A stretch of DNA of 64,000 nt, taken from assembly GCA_032718475.1 (NCBI GenBank), contig JAUCBJ010009006.1, positions 1 through 64,000 of the forward strand. The letters run 5' to 3'. Positions within the stretch are counted from its first letter, which is position 1. The number at the start of each line of letters is the position of its first letter. The position numbers and the translations under genes were made by a program. Shown here one piece after another: positions 21,443-37,278 of the stretch. Under the pieces are notes generated by a model that worked only from the letters and a program-made list of their open reading frames with translations, did no database searches and was not told where the DNA came from. Source of the stretch: Nemertoderma westbladi (Eukaryota; Animalia; Xenacoelomorpha).

Positions 21443-24400
21443 TTTTATCCGCTGAGACATACCGAATTACCTTTCAGCGACCTTTTTATCCACTGAGACA
21501 TAAAAATTCTCTTTCAGCAACCTTTTTATCCGCTGAGACATACAAAATTATCTTTCAGCAACCTTTTTATCCGCTGAGACATACAGAATTATCTTTCAGC
21601 GACCTTTTTATCCGCTGAGACATACAAAATTATCTTTCAGCGACCTTTTTATCCGCGGAGACATACAAAATTATCTTTCAGCGACCTTTTTATCCGCTGA
21701 GACATACAAAATTCTCTTTCAGCGGCCTTTTTATCCGGTGAATTCTATTTCAGCGGCCTTTTTATCCGCTGAGACATACAAAATTCTCTTTCAGCGGCCT
21801 TTTTATCCGCTGAGACATACAGAATTCTGTTTCAGCAACCTTTTTATCCGTTGAGACATACAAAATTCTCTTTCAGCGGCCTTTTTATCCGCTGAATTCT
21901 ATTTCAGCGGCCTTTTTATCCGCTGAGACATACAAAATTATCTTTCAGCGGCCTTTTTATCCGCTGAGACATACAGAATTCTGTTTCAGCGACCTTTTTA
22001 TCCATTGAGACATACGCAATTCTCTTTCAGCGACCTTTTTATCCGCTGAGACATACAAAATTATCTTTCAGCTACGTTTTTATCCGCTGAGACATCAAAA
22101 TTCTCTTTCAGCGGCCTTTTTATCCGCTGAGACATACAGAATTCTGTTTCAGCGACCTTTTTATCCGTTGAGACATACAAAATTTTCTTTCAGCGACCTT
22201 TTATCCGCCGAGACATACAAAATTATCTTTCAGCAAACTTTTTATCCGCTGAGACATACAAAATTCTCTTTCAGCGGCCTTTTTATCCGCTGATACATAC
22301 AGAATTCTCTTTCAGCGGCCTTTTTATCCGCTGATACATACAGAATTCTGTTTCAGCGACCTTTTTATCCGTTGAGACATACAAAATTTTCTTTCAGCGA
22401 CCTTTTATCCGCCGAGACATACAAAATTATCTTTCAGCAAACTTTTTATCCGCTGAGACATACAAAATTCTCTTTCAGCGGCCTTTTTATCCGCTGAGAC
22501 ATACAAAATTCTCTTTCAGCGGCCTTTTTATCCGCTGAGACATACAGAATTCTGTTTCAGCGACCTTTTTATCCGTTGAGACATACAAAATTCTCTTTCA
22601 GCGGCCTTTTTATCCGCCGAGACATACAAAATTATCTTTCAGCAAACTTTTTATCCGCTGAGACATACAAAATTCTCTTTCAGCGGCCTTTTTATCCGCT
22701 GAGACATACAAAATTATCTTTCAGCGACCTTTTTATCCGCTGAGACATACAAAATTATCTTTCAGCGACCTTTTTATCCGCTGAGACATTCAAAATTATC
22801 TTTCAGCGACCTTTTTATCCGCTGAGACATACAAAATTATCTTTCAGCGACCTTTTTATCCGCTGAGACATACAAAATTATCTTTCAGCGGCCTTTTTAT
22901 CCGCTGAGACATACAAAATTCTCTTTCAGCGGCCTTTTTATCCGCTGAGACATACAAAATTCTCTTTCAGCGGCCTTTTTATCCGCTGAGACATACAAAA
23001 TTCTCTTTCAGCGGCCTTTTTATCCGCTGAGACATACAGAATTCTGTTTCAGCGACCTTTTTATCCGTTGAGACATACAAAATTATCTTTCAGCAAACTT
23101 TTTATCCGCTGAGACATACAAAATTATCTTTCAGCGACCTTTTTATCCGCTGAGACATACAAAATTTTCTTTCAGCGACCTTTTTATCCGTTGAGACATA
23201 TAAAATTATCTTTCAGTGACCTTTTTATCCGCTGAGACATACAAAATTATCTTTCAGCGACCTTTTTATCCGCTGAGACATACAAAATTCTCTTTCAGCG
23301 GCCTTTTTATCCGCTGAGACATACAAAATTATCTTTCAGCAACCTTTTTATCCGCTGAGACATACAGAATTATCTTTCAGCGACCTTTTTATCCGCTGAG
23401 ACATACAAAATTATCTTTCAGCGACCTTTTTATCCGCTGAGACATACAAAATTATCTTTCAGCGACCTTTTTATCCGCTGAGACATACAAAATTATCTTT
23501 CAGCGGCCTTTTTATCCGCTGAATTCTCTTTCAGCGGCCTTTTTATCCGCTGAGACATACAAAATTCTCTTTCAGCGGCCTTTTTATTCGCTGAGACATA
23601 CAAAATTATCTTTCAGCAACCTTTTTATCCGCTGAGACATACAGAATTATCTTTCAGCGACCTTTTTATCCGCTGAGACATACAAAATTATCTTTCAGCG
23701 ACCTTTTTATCCGCTGAGACATACAAAATTATCTTTCAGCGACCTTTTTATCCGCTGAGACATACAAAATTATCTTTCAGCGACCTTTTTATCCGCTGAG
23801 ACATACAAAATTATCTTTCAGCGGCCTTTTTATCCGCTGAATTCTCTTTCAGCGGCCTTTTTATCCGCTGAGACATACAAAATTCTCTTTCAGCGGCCTT
23901 TTTATCCGCTGAGACATACAAAATTATCTTTCAGCAACCTTTTTATCCGCTGAGACATACAGAATTATCTTTCAGCGACCTTTTTATCCGCTGAGACATA
24001 CAAAATTATCTTTCAGCGACCTTTTTATCCGCTGAGACATACAAAATTATCTTTCAGCGACCTTTTTATCCGCTGAGACATACAAAATTATCTTTCAGCG
24101 GCCTTTTTATCCGCTGAATTCTCTTTCAGCGGCCTTTTTATCCGCTGAGACATACAAAATTCTCTTTCAGCGGCCTTTTTATTCGCTGAGACATACAGAA
24201 TTCTGTTTCAGCGACCTTTCTATCCGTTGAGACATACAAAATTCTCTTTCAGCGGCCTTTTTATCCGCTGAGACATACAGAATTCTGTTTCAGCGACCTT
24301 TTTATCCGTTGAGACATACAAAATTCTCTTTCAGCGACCTTTTTATCCGCTGAGACATACAAAATTCTCTTCCAGCGACCTTTTTATCCGCTGAGACATA

Positions 24401-24898
24401 CAGAATTCTGTTTCAGCGACCTTTTTATCCGTTGAGACATACAAAATTCTCTTTCAGCGACCTTTTTTCCGCTGAGACATACAAAATTATCTTTCAGCAA
24501 ACTTTTTATCCGCTGAGACATACAAAATTATCTTTCAGCGACCTTTTTATCCGCTGAGACATACAAAATTCTCTTTCAGCAACCTTTTTATCCGCTGAGA
24601 CATACAAAATTTTCTTTCAGCGACCTTTTTATCCGCTGAGACATATAAAATTATCTTTCAGTGACCTTTTTATCCGCTGAGACATACAAAATTCTCTTTC
24701 AGCGACCTTTTTATCCGCTGAGACATACAAAATTATCTTTCAGCGGCCTTTTTATCCGCTGAGACATACAAAATTCTCTTTCAGCGGCCTTTTTATCCGC
24801 TGAGACATACAAAATTCTCTTTCAGCGGCCTTTTTCTCCGCTGAGACATACAAAATTCTCTTTCAGCGGCCTTTTTATCCGCTGAGACATACAAAATT
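21443..24898. repeat. 41-bp satellite array 2 (~85 monomers)
   Basis: Same monomer; includes 31-bp deletion variants. Confidence 0.97.
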
Positions 24899-26537
24899 TC
24901 TATATTGTTCACAATATATCCATATTGGGAGCAATAATTATTAGCTCAAATTAATTAGTTACAATCCATTCAATATTCAAATAAAAATAATGTTAATTTA
25001 ATTTAATTACATTTTATCGTAAAATAATTCATAGTGTCGAAGATTCACTGGGCAGGTGTAAAACGCGGATCCGGATTCCAAAATTATCAATTAAGGGAAC
25101 GGAGCAGGTTACAGTGGCACGTTATTTAAACCAAAACAATGAACTAAAGTCAATTGAACAGGTTATAGTTTTATTTTTGGGAGTTTATAAAAATGTAAAA
25201 AAATCGACTTCCGAGGGACAATGTTAAATGTAGAATCCGGATCCGCGTTTTACTGTGACCCAGATTCACTGAGGTTTTATGCAAACTTTTATCAATAGAG
25301 CGATGATTATATTGAATTCGCCACTAATTGAATGCCACCCCAAATTAGATGATTTCATACTAAAAAAATTATTTAGCACCAAATATATTTTGTTGTAGCA
25401 CCAATTCACATCCCCAATTTTGAATATCCCTCTCACCAAAAACAATTATTCATCCCCCAAAACCAGGCCCGTATGGTGACCATAATATCTGGGGGGGGGG
25501 GGGGGGCAGAGGCCAAATCTGGGGGGCATATAGCTTTCGTTTATTATTTTGGTTCCCCCAACACGCCTCTGTAACCTGCTCCTTTACTAACTGTAACAAC
25601 ACGCCTCTGTAACCTGCTCCTTGTAGAGTGTTTGCGAACCGTTAAGGTGGCGTACAACTCTGCATTCAGACATCTATTTGAGTATAGGCGTTGCGACGAC
25701 GCTGACACAATATTTGTCTGCCACCGTGTTAACAACTTCAAAGCTGTCAGCCGGGTACTGGCATTCTCGTTGCGTAATCGCGTCGCAATTTCCTGCAATC
25801 CAATCCTTGTACAGTAGCTTGTGCAAACTTAGGTTACTCATCTCTCACTGATCGATGGGATGTGCTGCTTCTGTAATGCTCACCCCCCACTTCATGGCTT
25901 GCCCCCACATTATCGCGGCCTTCTCATATTTCAAATCCTTGCAAATATTATATAATATGAATTAATTCAATGTATATCTTATTATTTTTTTTTGAATACA
26001 TCACACGCTACCGGTACTCAATTTTAATATTTAATATTTTGAATTCAGTAATGGGAATTGCTATTCTTTCGGTATTGGTTGGGCAGTGCCTGAGTGTATC
26101 TTTTTTTTGTTTTTTTTTGTATAATATTGTGCTTTCAAATTGCAAATGCGGTACCTTGGATATCGATTTAATTTAGTATTCTATATAGTATTCAATGTAT
26201 CCTTGTGCATTTAGGTATTAATTGTGCTATGCTGTTAAATTTGGTAGTAATAATCTGTACAGTATGTTTTATGGGCTCTGCCCGATGAATAAACTTGAAA
26301 TTGAAAAATTGAAATTTACTAACCTCACCTTTAAAAGGGAATGGGAAATGGGACCTAACGCTCTTTGGGACGACTTTACCTCTTTGCTTTGTACAGAAAG
26401 GGCAGTAAAGTTCTTTGATCTTTGTTTTATACTCACCCGACGATCCTCGTACCAATAGCGCCACTGAGTGTCTGTTTATTTTGGTAGAATATTTGATTAT
26501 TTTGGGGGAAATAAGCATTTTTTTTTTGGGGAATATG

Positions 26538-29328
26538 TTTTATCCGCTGAGACATACCGAATTACCTTTCAGCGACCTTTTTATCCACTGAGACATAAAA
26601 ATTCTCTTTCAGCAACCTTTTTATCCGCTGAGACATACAAAATTATCTTTCAGCAACCTTTTTATCCGCTGAGACATACAGAATTATCTTTCAGCGACCT
26701 TTTTATCCGCTGAGACATACAAAATTATCTTTCAGCGACCTTTTTATCCGCTGAGACATACAAAATTATCTTTCAGCGACCTTTTTATCCGCTGAGACAT
26801 ACAAAATTCTCTTTCAGCGGCCTTTTTATCCGGTGAATTCTATTTCAGCGGCCTTTTTATCCGCTGAGACATACAAAATTATCTTTCAGCGGCCTTTTTA
26901 TCCGCTGAGACATACAGAATTCTGTTTCAGCGACCTTTTTATCCATTGAGACATACGCAATTCTCTTTCAGCGACCTTTTTATCCGCTGAGACATACAAA
27001 ATTATCTTTCAGCAACGTTTTTATCCGCTGAGACATACAAAATTCTCTTTCAGCGGCCTTTTTATCCGCTGAGAAATACAAAATTCTCTTTCAGCGGCCT
27101 TTTTATCCGCTGATACATACAGAATTCTGTTTCAGCGACCTTTTTATCCGTTGAGACATACAAAATTTTCTTTCAGCGACCTTTTATCCGCCGAGACATA
27201 CAAAATTATCTTTCAGCAAACTTTTTATCCGCTGAGACATACAAAATTATCTTTCAGCGGCCTTTTTATCCGCTGAGACATACAAAATTCTCTTTCAGCG
27301 GCCTTTTTATCCGCTGAGACATACAGAATTCTGTTTCAGCGACCTTTTTATCCGTTGAGACATACAAAATTATCTTTCAGCGACCTTTTTATCCGCTGAG
27401 ACATACAAAATTATCTTTCAGCGACCTTTTTATCCGCTGAGACATACAAAATTATCTTTCAGCGACCTTTTTATCCGCTGAGACATACACAATTCTCTTT
27501 CAGCGACCTTTTTATCCGCTGAGACATACAAAATTATCTTTCAGCGGCCTTTTTATCCGCTGAGACATACAGAATTCTGTTTCAGCGACCTTTTTATCCG
27601 TTGAGACATACAAAATTATCTTTCAGCAAACTTTTTATCCGCTGAGACATACAAAATTATCTTTCAGCGACCTTTTTATCCGCTGAGACATACAAAATTA
27701 TCTTTCAGCGACCTTTTTATCCGCTGAGACATACAAAATTATCTTTCAGCGACCTTTTTATCCGCTGAGACATACACAATTCTCTTTCAGCGACCTTTTT
27801 ATCCGCTGAGACATACAAAATTATCTTTCAGCGGCCTTTTTATCCGCTGAGACATACAAAATTCTCTTTCAGCGATCTTTTTATCCGCTGAGACATACAA
27901 AATTATCTTTCAGCGACCTTTTTATCCGCTGAGACATACAAAATTATCTTTCAGCGACCTTTTTATCCGCTGAGACATACAAAATTCTCTTTCAGCGGCC
28001 TTTTTATCCGGTGAATTCTATTTCAGCGGCCTTTTTATCCGCTGAGACATACAAAATTATCTTTCAGCGGCCTTTTTATCCGCTGAGACATACAGAATTC
28101 TGTTTCAGCGACCTTTTTATCCATTGAGACATACGCAATTCTCTTTCAGCGACCTTTTTATCCGCTGAGACATACAAAATTATCTTTCAGCTACGTTTTT
28201 ATCCGCTGAGACATACAAAATTCTCTTTCAGCGGCCTTTTTATCCGCTGAGACATACAAAATTCTCTTTCAGCGGCCTTTTTATCCGCTGATACATACAG
28301 AATTCTGTTTCAGCGACCTTTTTATCCGTTGAGACATACAAAATTTTCTTTCAGCGACCTTTTATCCGCCGAGACATACAAAATTATCTTTCAGCAAACT
28401 TTTTATCCGCTGAGACATACAAAATTCTCTTTCAGCGGCCTTTTTATCCGCTGAGACATACAAAATTCTCTTTCAGCGGCCTTTTTATCCGCTGAGACAT
28501 ACAGAATTCTGTTTCAGCGACCTTTTTATCCGTTGAGACATACAAAATTCTCTTTCAGCGACCTTTTTATCCGCTGAGACATACAAAATTATCTTTCAGC
28601 GACCTTTTTATCCGCTGAGACATACAAAATTATCTTTCAGCGGCCTTTTTATCCGCTGAGACATACAAAATTCTCTTTCAGCGGCCTTTTTATCCGCTGA
28701 GACATACAAAATTCTCTTTCAGCGGCCTTTTTATCCGCTGAGACATACAAAATTCTCTTTCAGCGGCCTTTTTATCCGCTGAGACATACAGAATTCTGTT
28801 TCAGCGACCTTTTTATCCGTTGAGACATACAAAATTATCTTTCAGCAAACTTTTTATCCGCTGAGACATACAAAATTATCTTTCAGCGACCTTTTTATCC
28901 GCTGAGACATACAAAATTATCTTTCAGCGACCTTTTTATCCGCTGAGACATACAAAATTCTCTTTCAGCAACCTTTTTATCCGCTGAGACATACAAAATT
29001 TTCTTTCAGCGACCTTTTTATCCGCTGAGACATATAAAATTATCTTTCAGTGACCTTTTTATCCGCTGAGACATACAAAATTATCTTTCAGCGACCTTTT
29101 TATCCGCTGAGACATACACAATTCTCTTTCAGCGACCTTTTTATCGGCTGAGACATACAAAATTATCTTTCAGCGGCCTTTTTATCCGCTGAGACATACA
29201 AAATTCTCTTTCAGCGGCCTTTTTATCCGCTGAGACATACAAAATTCTCTTTCAGCGGCCTTTTTATCCGCTGAGACATACAAAATTCTCTTTCAGCGGC
29301 CTTTTTATCCGCTGAGACATACAAAATT
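26538..29328. repeat. 41-bp satellite array 3 (~68 monomers)
   Basis: Same monomer. Confidence 0.97.
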
Positions 29329-30973
29329 TCTATATTGTTCACAATATATCCATATTGGGAGCAATAATTATTAGCTCAAATTAATTAGTTACAATCCATT
29401 CAATATTCAAATAAAAATAATGTTAATTTAATTTAATTACATTTTATCGTAAAATAATTCATAGTGTCGAAGATTCACTGGGCAGGTGTAAAACGCGGAT
29501 CCGGATTCCAAAATTATCAATTAAGGGAACGGAGCAGGTTACAGTGGCACGTTATTTAAACCAAAACAATGAACTAAAGTCAATTGAACAGGTTATAGTT
29601 TTATTTTTGGGAGTTTATAAAAATGTAAAAAAATCGACTTCCGAGGGACAATGTTAAATGTAGAATCCGGATCCGCGTTTTACTGTGACCCAGATTCACT
29701 GAGGTTTTATGCAAACTTTTATCAATAGAGCGATGATTATATTGAATTCGCCACTAATTGAATGCCACCCCAAATTAGATGATTTCATACCAAAAAAATT
29801 ATTTAGCACCAAATATATTTTGTTGTAGCACCAATTCACATCCCCAATTTTGAATATCCCTCTCACCAAAAACAATTATTCATCCCCCAAAACCAGGCCC
29901 GTATGGTGACCATAATATCTGGGGGGGGGGGGGGGGGGGGGGCAGAGGCCAAATCTGGGGGGCATATAGCTTTCGTTTATTATTTTGGTTCCCCCAACAC
30001 GCCTCTGTAACCTGCTCCTTTACTAACTGTAACAACACGCCTCTGTAACCTGCTCCTTGTAGAGTGTTTGCGAACCGTTAAGGTGGCGTACAACTCTGCA
30101 TTCAGACATCTATTTGAGTATAGGCGTTGCGACGACGCTGACACAATATTTGTCTGCCACCGTGTTAACAACTTCAAAGCTGTCAGCCGGGTACTGGCAT
30201 TCTCGTTGCGTAATCGCGTCGCAATTTCCTGCAATCCAATCCTTGTACAGTAGCTTGTGCAAACTTAGGTTACTCATCTCTCACTGATCGATGGGATGTG
30301 CTGCTTCTGTAATGCTCACCCCCCACTTCATGGCTTGCCCCCACATTATCGCGGCCTTCTCATATTTCAAATCCTTGCAAATATTATATAATATGAATTA
30401 ATTCAATGTATATCTTATTATTTTTTTTTGAATACATCACACGCTACCGGTACTCAATTTTAATATTTAATATTTTGAATTCAGTAATGGGAATTGCTAT
30501 TCTTTCGGTATTGGTTGGGCAGTGCCTGAGTGTATCTTTTTTTTGTTTTTTTTTGTATAATATTGTGCTTTCAAATTGCAAATGCGGTACCTTGGATATC
30601 GATTTAATTTAGTATTCTATATAGTATTCAATGTATCCTTGTGCATTTAGGTATTAATTGTGCTATGCTGTTAAATTTGGTAGTAATAATCTGTACAGTA
30701 TGTTTTATGGGCTCTGCCCGATGAATAAACTTGAAATTGAAAAATTGAAATTTACTAACCTGCACCTTTAAAAGGGAATGGGAAATGGGACCTAACGCTC
30801 TTTGGGACGACTTTACCTCTTTGCTTTGTACAGAAAGGGCAGTAAAGTTCTTTGATCTTTGTTTTATACTCACCCGACGATCCTCGTACCAATAGCGCCA
30901 CTGAGTGTCTGTTTATTTTGGTAGAATATTTGATTATTTTGGGGGAAATAAGCATTTTTTTTTGGGGAATATG

Positions 30974-32544
30974 TTTTATCCGCTGAGACATACCGAATTA
31001 CCTTTCAGCGACCTTTTTATCCACTGAGACATAAAAATTCTCTTTCAGCAACCTTTTTATCCGCTGAGACATACAAAATTATCTTTCAGCAACCTTTTTA
31101 TCCGCTGAGACATACAGAATTATCTTTCAGCGACCTTTTTATCCGCTGAGACATACAAAATTATCTTTCAGCGACCTTTTTATCCGCTGAGACATACAAA
31201 ATTCTCTTTCAGCGACCTTTTTATCCGCTGAGACATACAAAATTCTCTTCCAGCGACCTTTTTATCCGCTGAGACATACAAAATTATCTTTCAGCGACCT
31301 TTTTATCCGCTGAGACATACAAAATTCTCTTTCAGCGGCCTTTTTATCCGCTGAATTCTCTTTCAGCGGCCTTTTTATCCGCTGAGACATACAAAATTCT
31401 CTTTCAGCGGCCTTTTTATCCGCTGAGACATACAGAATTCTGTTTCAGCGACCTTTTTATCCGTTGAGACATACAAAATTCTCTTTCAGCGACCTTTTTA
31501 TCCGCTGAGACATACAAAATTATCTTTCAGCAACTTTTTATCCGCTGAGACATACAAAATTCTCTTTCAGCGGCCTTTTTATCCGCTGAGACATACAAAA
31601 TTCTCTTTCAGCGGCCTTTTTATCCGCTGAGACATACAGAATTCTGTTTCAGCGACCTTTTTATCCGTTGAGACATACAGAATTCTCTTTCAGCGACCTT
31701 TTTATCCGCTGAGACATACAAAATTATCTTTCAGCGACCTTTTTATCCGCTGAGACATACAAAATTCTCTTTCAGCGACCTTTTTATCCGCTGAGACATA
31801 CAAAATTCTCTTTCAGCGGCCTTTTTATCCGCTGAGACATACAAAATTCTCTTTCAGCAAACTTTTTATCCGCTGAGACATACAAAATTCTCTTTCAGCG
31901 ACCTTTTTATCCGCTGAGACATACAAAATTCTCTTTCAGCGGCCTTTTTATCCGCTGAGACATACAAAATTCTCTTTCAGCGGCCTTTTTATCCGCTGAG
32001 ACATACAAAATTCTCTTTCAGCGGCCTTTTTATCCGCTGAGACATACAAAATTCTCTTTCAGCGGCCTTTTTATCCGCTGAGACATACAAAATTCTCTTT
32101 CAGCGACCTTTTTATCCGCTGAGACATACAAAATTCTCTTTCAGCGGCCTTTTTATCCGCTGAGACATACAAAATTCTCTTTCAGCGACCTTTTTATCCG
32201 CTGAGACATACAAAATTATCTTTCAGCGACCTTTTTATCCGCTGAGACATACAAAATTCTCTTTCAGCGGCCTTTTTATCCGCTGAGACATACAAAATTC
32301 TCTTTCAGCGACCTTTTTATCCGCTGAGACATACAAAATTCTCTTTCAGCGGCCTTTTTATCCGCTGAGACATACAAAATTCTCTTTCAGCGGCCTTTTT
32401 ATCCGCTGAGACATACACAATTCTGTTTCAGCGACCTTTTTATCCGTTGAGACATACAAAATTCTCTTTCAGCAACCTTTTATCCGCCGAGACATACAAA
32501 ATTATCTTTTAGCGACCTTTTTATCCGCTGAGACATACAAAATT
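30974..32544. repeat. 41-bp satellite array 4 (~38 monomers)
   Basis: Same monomer. Confidence 0.97.
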
Positions 32545-34187
32545 TCTATATTGTTCACAATATATCCATATTGGGAGCAATAATTATTAGCTCAAATTAA
32601 TTAGTTACAATCCATTCAATATTGAAATAAAAATAATGTTAATTTAATTTAATTACATTTTATCGTAAAATAATTCATAGTGTCGAAGATTCACTGGGCA
32701 GGTGTAAAACGCGGATCCGGATTCCAAAATTATCAATTAAGGGAACGGAGCAGGTTACAGTGGCACGTTATTTAAACCAAAACAATGAACTAAAGTCAAT
32801 TGAACAGGTTATAGTTTTATTTTTGGGAGTTTATAAAAATGTAAAAAAAATCGACTTCCGAGGGACAATGTTAAATGTAGAATCCGGATCCGCGTTTTAC
32901 TGTGACCCAGATTCACTGAGGTTTTATGCAAACTTTTATCAATAGAGCGATGATTATATTGAATTCGCCACTAATTGAATGCCACCCCAAATTAGATGAT
33001 TTCATACCAAAAAAATTATTTAGCACCAAATATATTTTGTTGTAGCACCAATTCACATCCCCAATTTTGAATATCCCTCTCACCAAAAACAATTATTCAT
33101 CCCCCAAAACCAGGCCCGTATGGTGACCATAATATCTGGGGGGGGGGGGGGGGGGGCAGAGGCCAAATCTGGGGGGCATATAGCTTTCGTTTATTATTTT
33201 GGTTCCCCCAACACGCCTCTGTAACCTGCTCCTTTACTAACTGTAACAACACGCCTCTGTAACCTGCTCCTTGTAGAGTGTTTGCGAACCGTTAAGGTGG
33301 CGTACAACTCTGCATTCAGACATCTATTTGAGTATAGGCGTTGCGACGACGCTGACACAATATTTGTCTGCCACCGTGTTAACAACTTCAAAGCTGTCAG
33401 CCGGGTACTGGCATTCTCGTTGCGTAATCGCGTCGCAATTTCCTGCAATCCAATCCTTGTACAGTAGCTTGTGCAAACTTAGGTTACTCATCTCTCACTG
33501 ATCGATGGGATGTGCTGCTTCTGTAATGCTCACCCCCCACTTCATGGCTTGCCCCCACATTATCGCGGCCTTCTCATATTTCAAATCCTTGCAAATATTA
33601 TATAATATGAATTAATTCAATGTATATCTTATTATTTTTTTTTGAATACATCACACGCTACCGGTACTCAATTTTAATATTTAATATTTTGAATTCAGTA
33701 ATGGGAATTGCTATTCTTTCGGTATTGGTTGGGCAGTGCCTGAGTGTATCTTTTTTTTGTTTTTTTTTGTATAATATTGTGCTTTCAAATTGCAAATGCG
33801 GTACCTTGGATATCGATTTAATTTAGTATTCTATATAGTATTCAATGTATCCTTGTGCATTTAGGTATTAATTGTGCTATGCTGTTAAATTTGGTAGTAA
33901 TAATCTGTACAGTATGTTTTATGGGCTCTGCCCGATGAATAAACTTGAAATTGAAAAATTGAAATTTACTAACCTGCACCTTTAAAAGGGAATGGGAAAT
34001 GGGACCTAACGCTCTTTGGGACGACTTTACCTCTTTGCTTTGTACAGAAAGGGCAGTAAAGTTCTTTGATCTTTGTTTTATACTCACCCGACGATCCTCG
34101 TACCAATAGCGCCACTGAGTGTCTGTTTATTTTGGTAGAATATTTGATTATTTTGGGGGAAATAAGCATTTTTTTTTGGGGAATATG

Positions 34188-37100
34188 TTTTATCCGCTGA
34201 GACATACCGAATTACCTTTCAGCGACCTTTTTATCCACTGAGACATACAAAATTCTCTTTCAGCAACCTTTTTATCCGCTGAGACATACAAAATTATCTT
34301 TCAGCAACCTTTTTATCCGCTGAGACATACAGAATTATCTTTCAGCGACCTTTTTATCCGCTGAGACATACAAAATTATCTTTCAGCGACCTTTTTATCC
34401 GCTGAGACATACAAAATTATCTTTCAGCGACCTTTTTATCCGCTGAGACATACAAAATTCTCTTTCAGCGGCCTTTTTATCCGGTGAATTCTATTTCAGC
34501 GGCCTTTTTATCCGCTGAGACATACAAAATTCTCTTTCAGCGGCCTTTTTATCCGCTGAGACATACAGAATTCTCTTTCAGCAACCTTTTTATCCGCTGA
34601 GACATACAAAATTCTCTTTCAGCGGCCTTTTTATCCGCTGAGACATACAAAATTCTCTTTCAGCGGCCTTTTTATCCGCTGAGACATACAAAATTCTCTT
34701 TCAGCGGCCTTTTTATCCGCTGAGACATACAAAATTCTCTTTCAGCGGCCTTTTTATCCGCTGAGACATACAAAATTCTCTTTCAGCGACCTTTTTATCC
34801 GCTGAGACATACAAAATTATCTTTCAGCAAACTTTTTATCCGCTGAGACATACAAAATTATCTTTCAGCGGCCTTTTTATCCGCTGAGACATACAAAATT
34901 CTCTTTCAGCGGCCTTTTTATCCGCTGAGACATACAAAATTCTCTTTCAGCGACCTTTTTATCCGCTGAGACATACAGAATTATCTTTCAGCAAACTTTT
35001 TATCCGCTGAGACATACAGAATTCTCTTTCAGCGGCCTTTTTATCCGCTGAGACATACAAAATTCTCTTTCAGCGGCCTTTTTATCCGCTGAGACATACA
35101 AAATTCTCTTTCAGCAAACTTTTTATCCGCTGAGACATACAGAATTATCTTTCAGCGGCCTTTTTATCCGCTGAGACATACAAAATTCTCTTTCAGCGGC
35201 CTTTTTATCCGCTGAGACATACAAAATTCTCTTTCAGCGGCCTTTTTATCCGCTGAGACATACAAAATTCTCTTTCAGCGGCCTTTTTATCCGCTGAGAC
35301 ATACAGAATTATCTTTCAGCGACCTTTTTATCCGCTGAGACATACAAAATTCTCTTTCAGCGGCCTTTTTATCCGCTGAGACATACAAAATTATCTTTCA
35401 GCGACCTTTTTATCCGCTGAGACATACAAAATTATCTTTCAGCGGCCTTTTTATCCGCTGAGACATACAGAATTATCTTTCAGCGACCTTTTTATCCGTT
35501 GAGACATACAAAATTCTCTTTCAGCGACCTTTTTATCCGCTGAGACATACAAAATTCTCTTTCAGCGGCCTTTTTATCCGCTGAGACATACAAAATTCTC
35601 TTTCAGCGGCCTTTTTATCCGCTGAGACATACAAAATTCTCTTTCAGCGGCCTTTTTATCCGCTGAGACATACAAAATTCTCTTTCAGCGGCCTTTTTAT
35701 CCGCTGAGACATATAGAATTATCTTTCAGCGACCTTTTTATCCGCTGAGACATACAAAATTCTCTTTCAGCGGCCTTTTTATCCGCTGAGACATACAGAA
35801 TTATCTTTCAGCGACCTTTTTATCCGTTGAGACATACAAAATTCTCTTTCAGCGACCTTTTTATCCGCTGAGACATACAAAATTCTCTTTCAGCGGCCTT
35901 TTTATCCGCTGAGACATACAAAATTCTCTTTCAGCGGCCTTTTTATCCGCTGAGACATACAAAATTCTCTTTCAGCGGCCTTTTTATCCGCTGAGACATA
36001 TAGAATTATCTTTCAGCGACCTTTTTATCCGCTGAGACATACAAAATTCTCTTTCAGCGGCCTTTTTATCCGCTGAGACATACAGAATTATCTTTCAGCG
36101 ACCTTTTTATCCGTTGAGACATACAAAATTCTCTTTCAGCGACCTTTTTATCCGCTGAGACATACAGAATTATCTTTCAGCGACCTTTTTATCCGTTGAG
36201 ACATACAAAATTCTCTTTCAGCGACCTTTTTATCCGCTGAGACATACAAAATTCTCTTTCAGCGGCCTTTTTATCCGCTGAGACATACAAAATTATCTTT
36301 CAGCGGCCTTTTTATCCGCTGAGACATATAGAATTATCTTTCAGCGACCTTTTTATCCGCTGAGACATACAAAATTCTCTTTCAGCGGCCTTTTTATCCG
36401 CTGAGACATACAGAATTATCTTTCAGCGACCTTTTTATCCGTTGAGACATACAAAATTCTCTTTCAGCGACCTTTTTATCCGCTGAGACATACAAAATTC
36501 TCTTTCAGCGACCTTTTTATCCGCTGAGACATACAAAATTCTCTTTCAGCTGCCTTTTTATCCGCTGAGACATACAAAATTCTCTTTCAGCGGCCTTTTT
36601 ATCCGCTGAGACATACAAAATTCTCTTTCAGCGGCCTTTTTATCCGCTGAGACATACAGAATTCTGTTTCAGCGACCTTTTTATCCGCTGAGACATACAA
36701 AATTCTCTTTCAGCGGCCTTTTTATCCGCTGAGACATACAAAATTCTCTTTCAGCAAACTTTTTATCCGCTGAGACATACAGAATTATCTTTCAGCGACC
36801 TTTTTATCCGCTGAGACATACAAAATTCTCTTTCAGCTGACCTTTTTATCCGCTGAGACATACAAAATTCTCTTTCAGCGGCCTTTTTATCCGCTGAGAC
36901 ATACAAAATTCTCTTTCAGCGGCCTTTTTATCCGCTGAGACATATAAAATTATCTTTCAGCGACCTTTTTATCCGCTGAGACATACAAAATTCTCTTTCA
37001 GCGGCCTTTTTATCCGCTGAGACATACAAAATTATCTTTCAGCGACCTTTTTATCCGCTGAGACATACAAAATTCTCTTTCAGCGGCCTTTTTATCCGCT

Positions 37101-37278
37101 GAGACATACAAAATTATCTTTCAGCGGCCTTTTTATCCGCTGAGACATACACAATTCTCTTTCAGCGACCTTTTTATCCGTTGAGACATACAAAATTCTC
37201 TTTCAGCAACCTTTTATCCGCCGAGACATACAAAATTATCTTTTAGCGACCTTTTTATCCGCTGAGACATACAAAATT
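34188..37278. repeat. 41-bp satellite array 5 (~75 monomers)
   Basis: Same monomer. Confidence 0.97.

Noticed and set aside
20448-21460. Tandem multigene family from recurring 61-108 aa spacer ORFs
   Set aside because: Identity reflects recent DNA duplication. Frames are broken by homopolymer and 1-bp indels between copies; only the LINE fragment has a recognisable motif.
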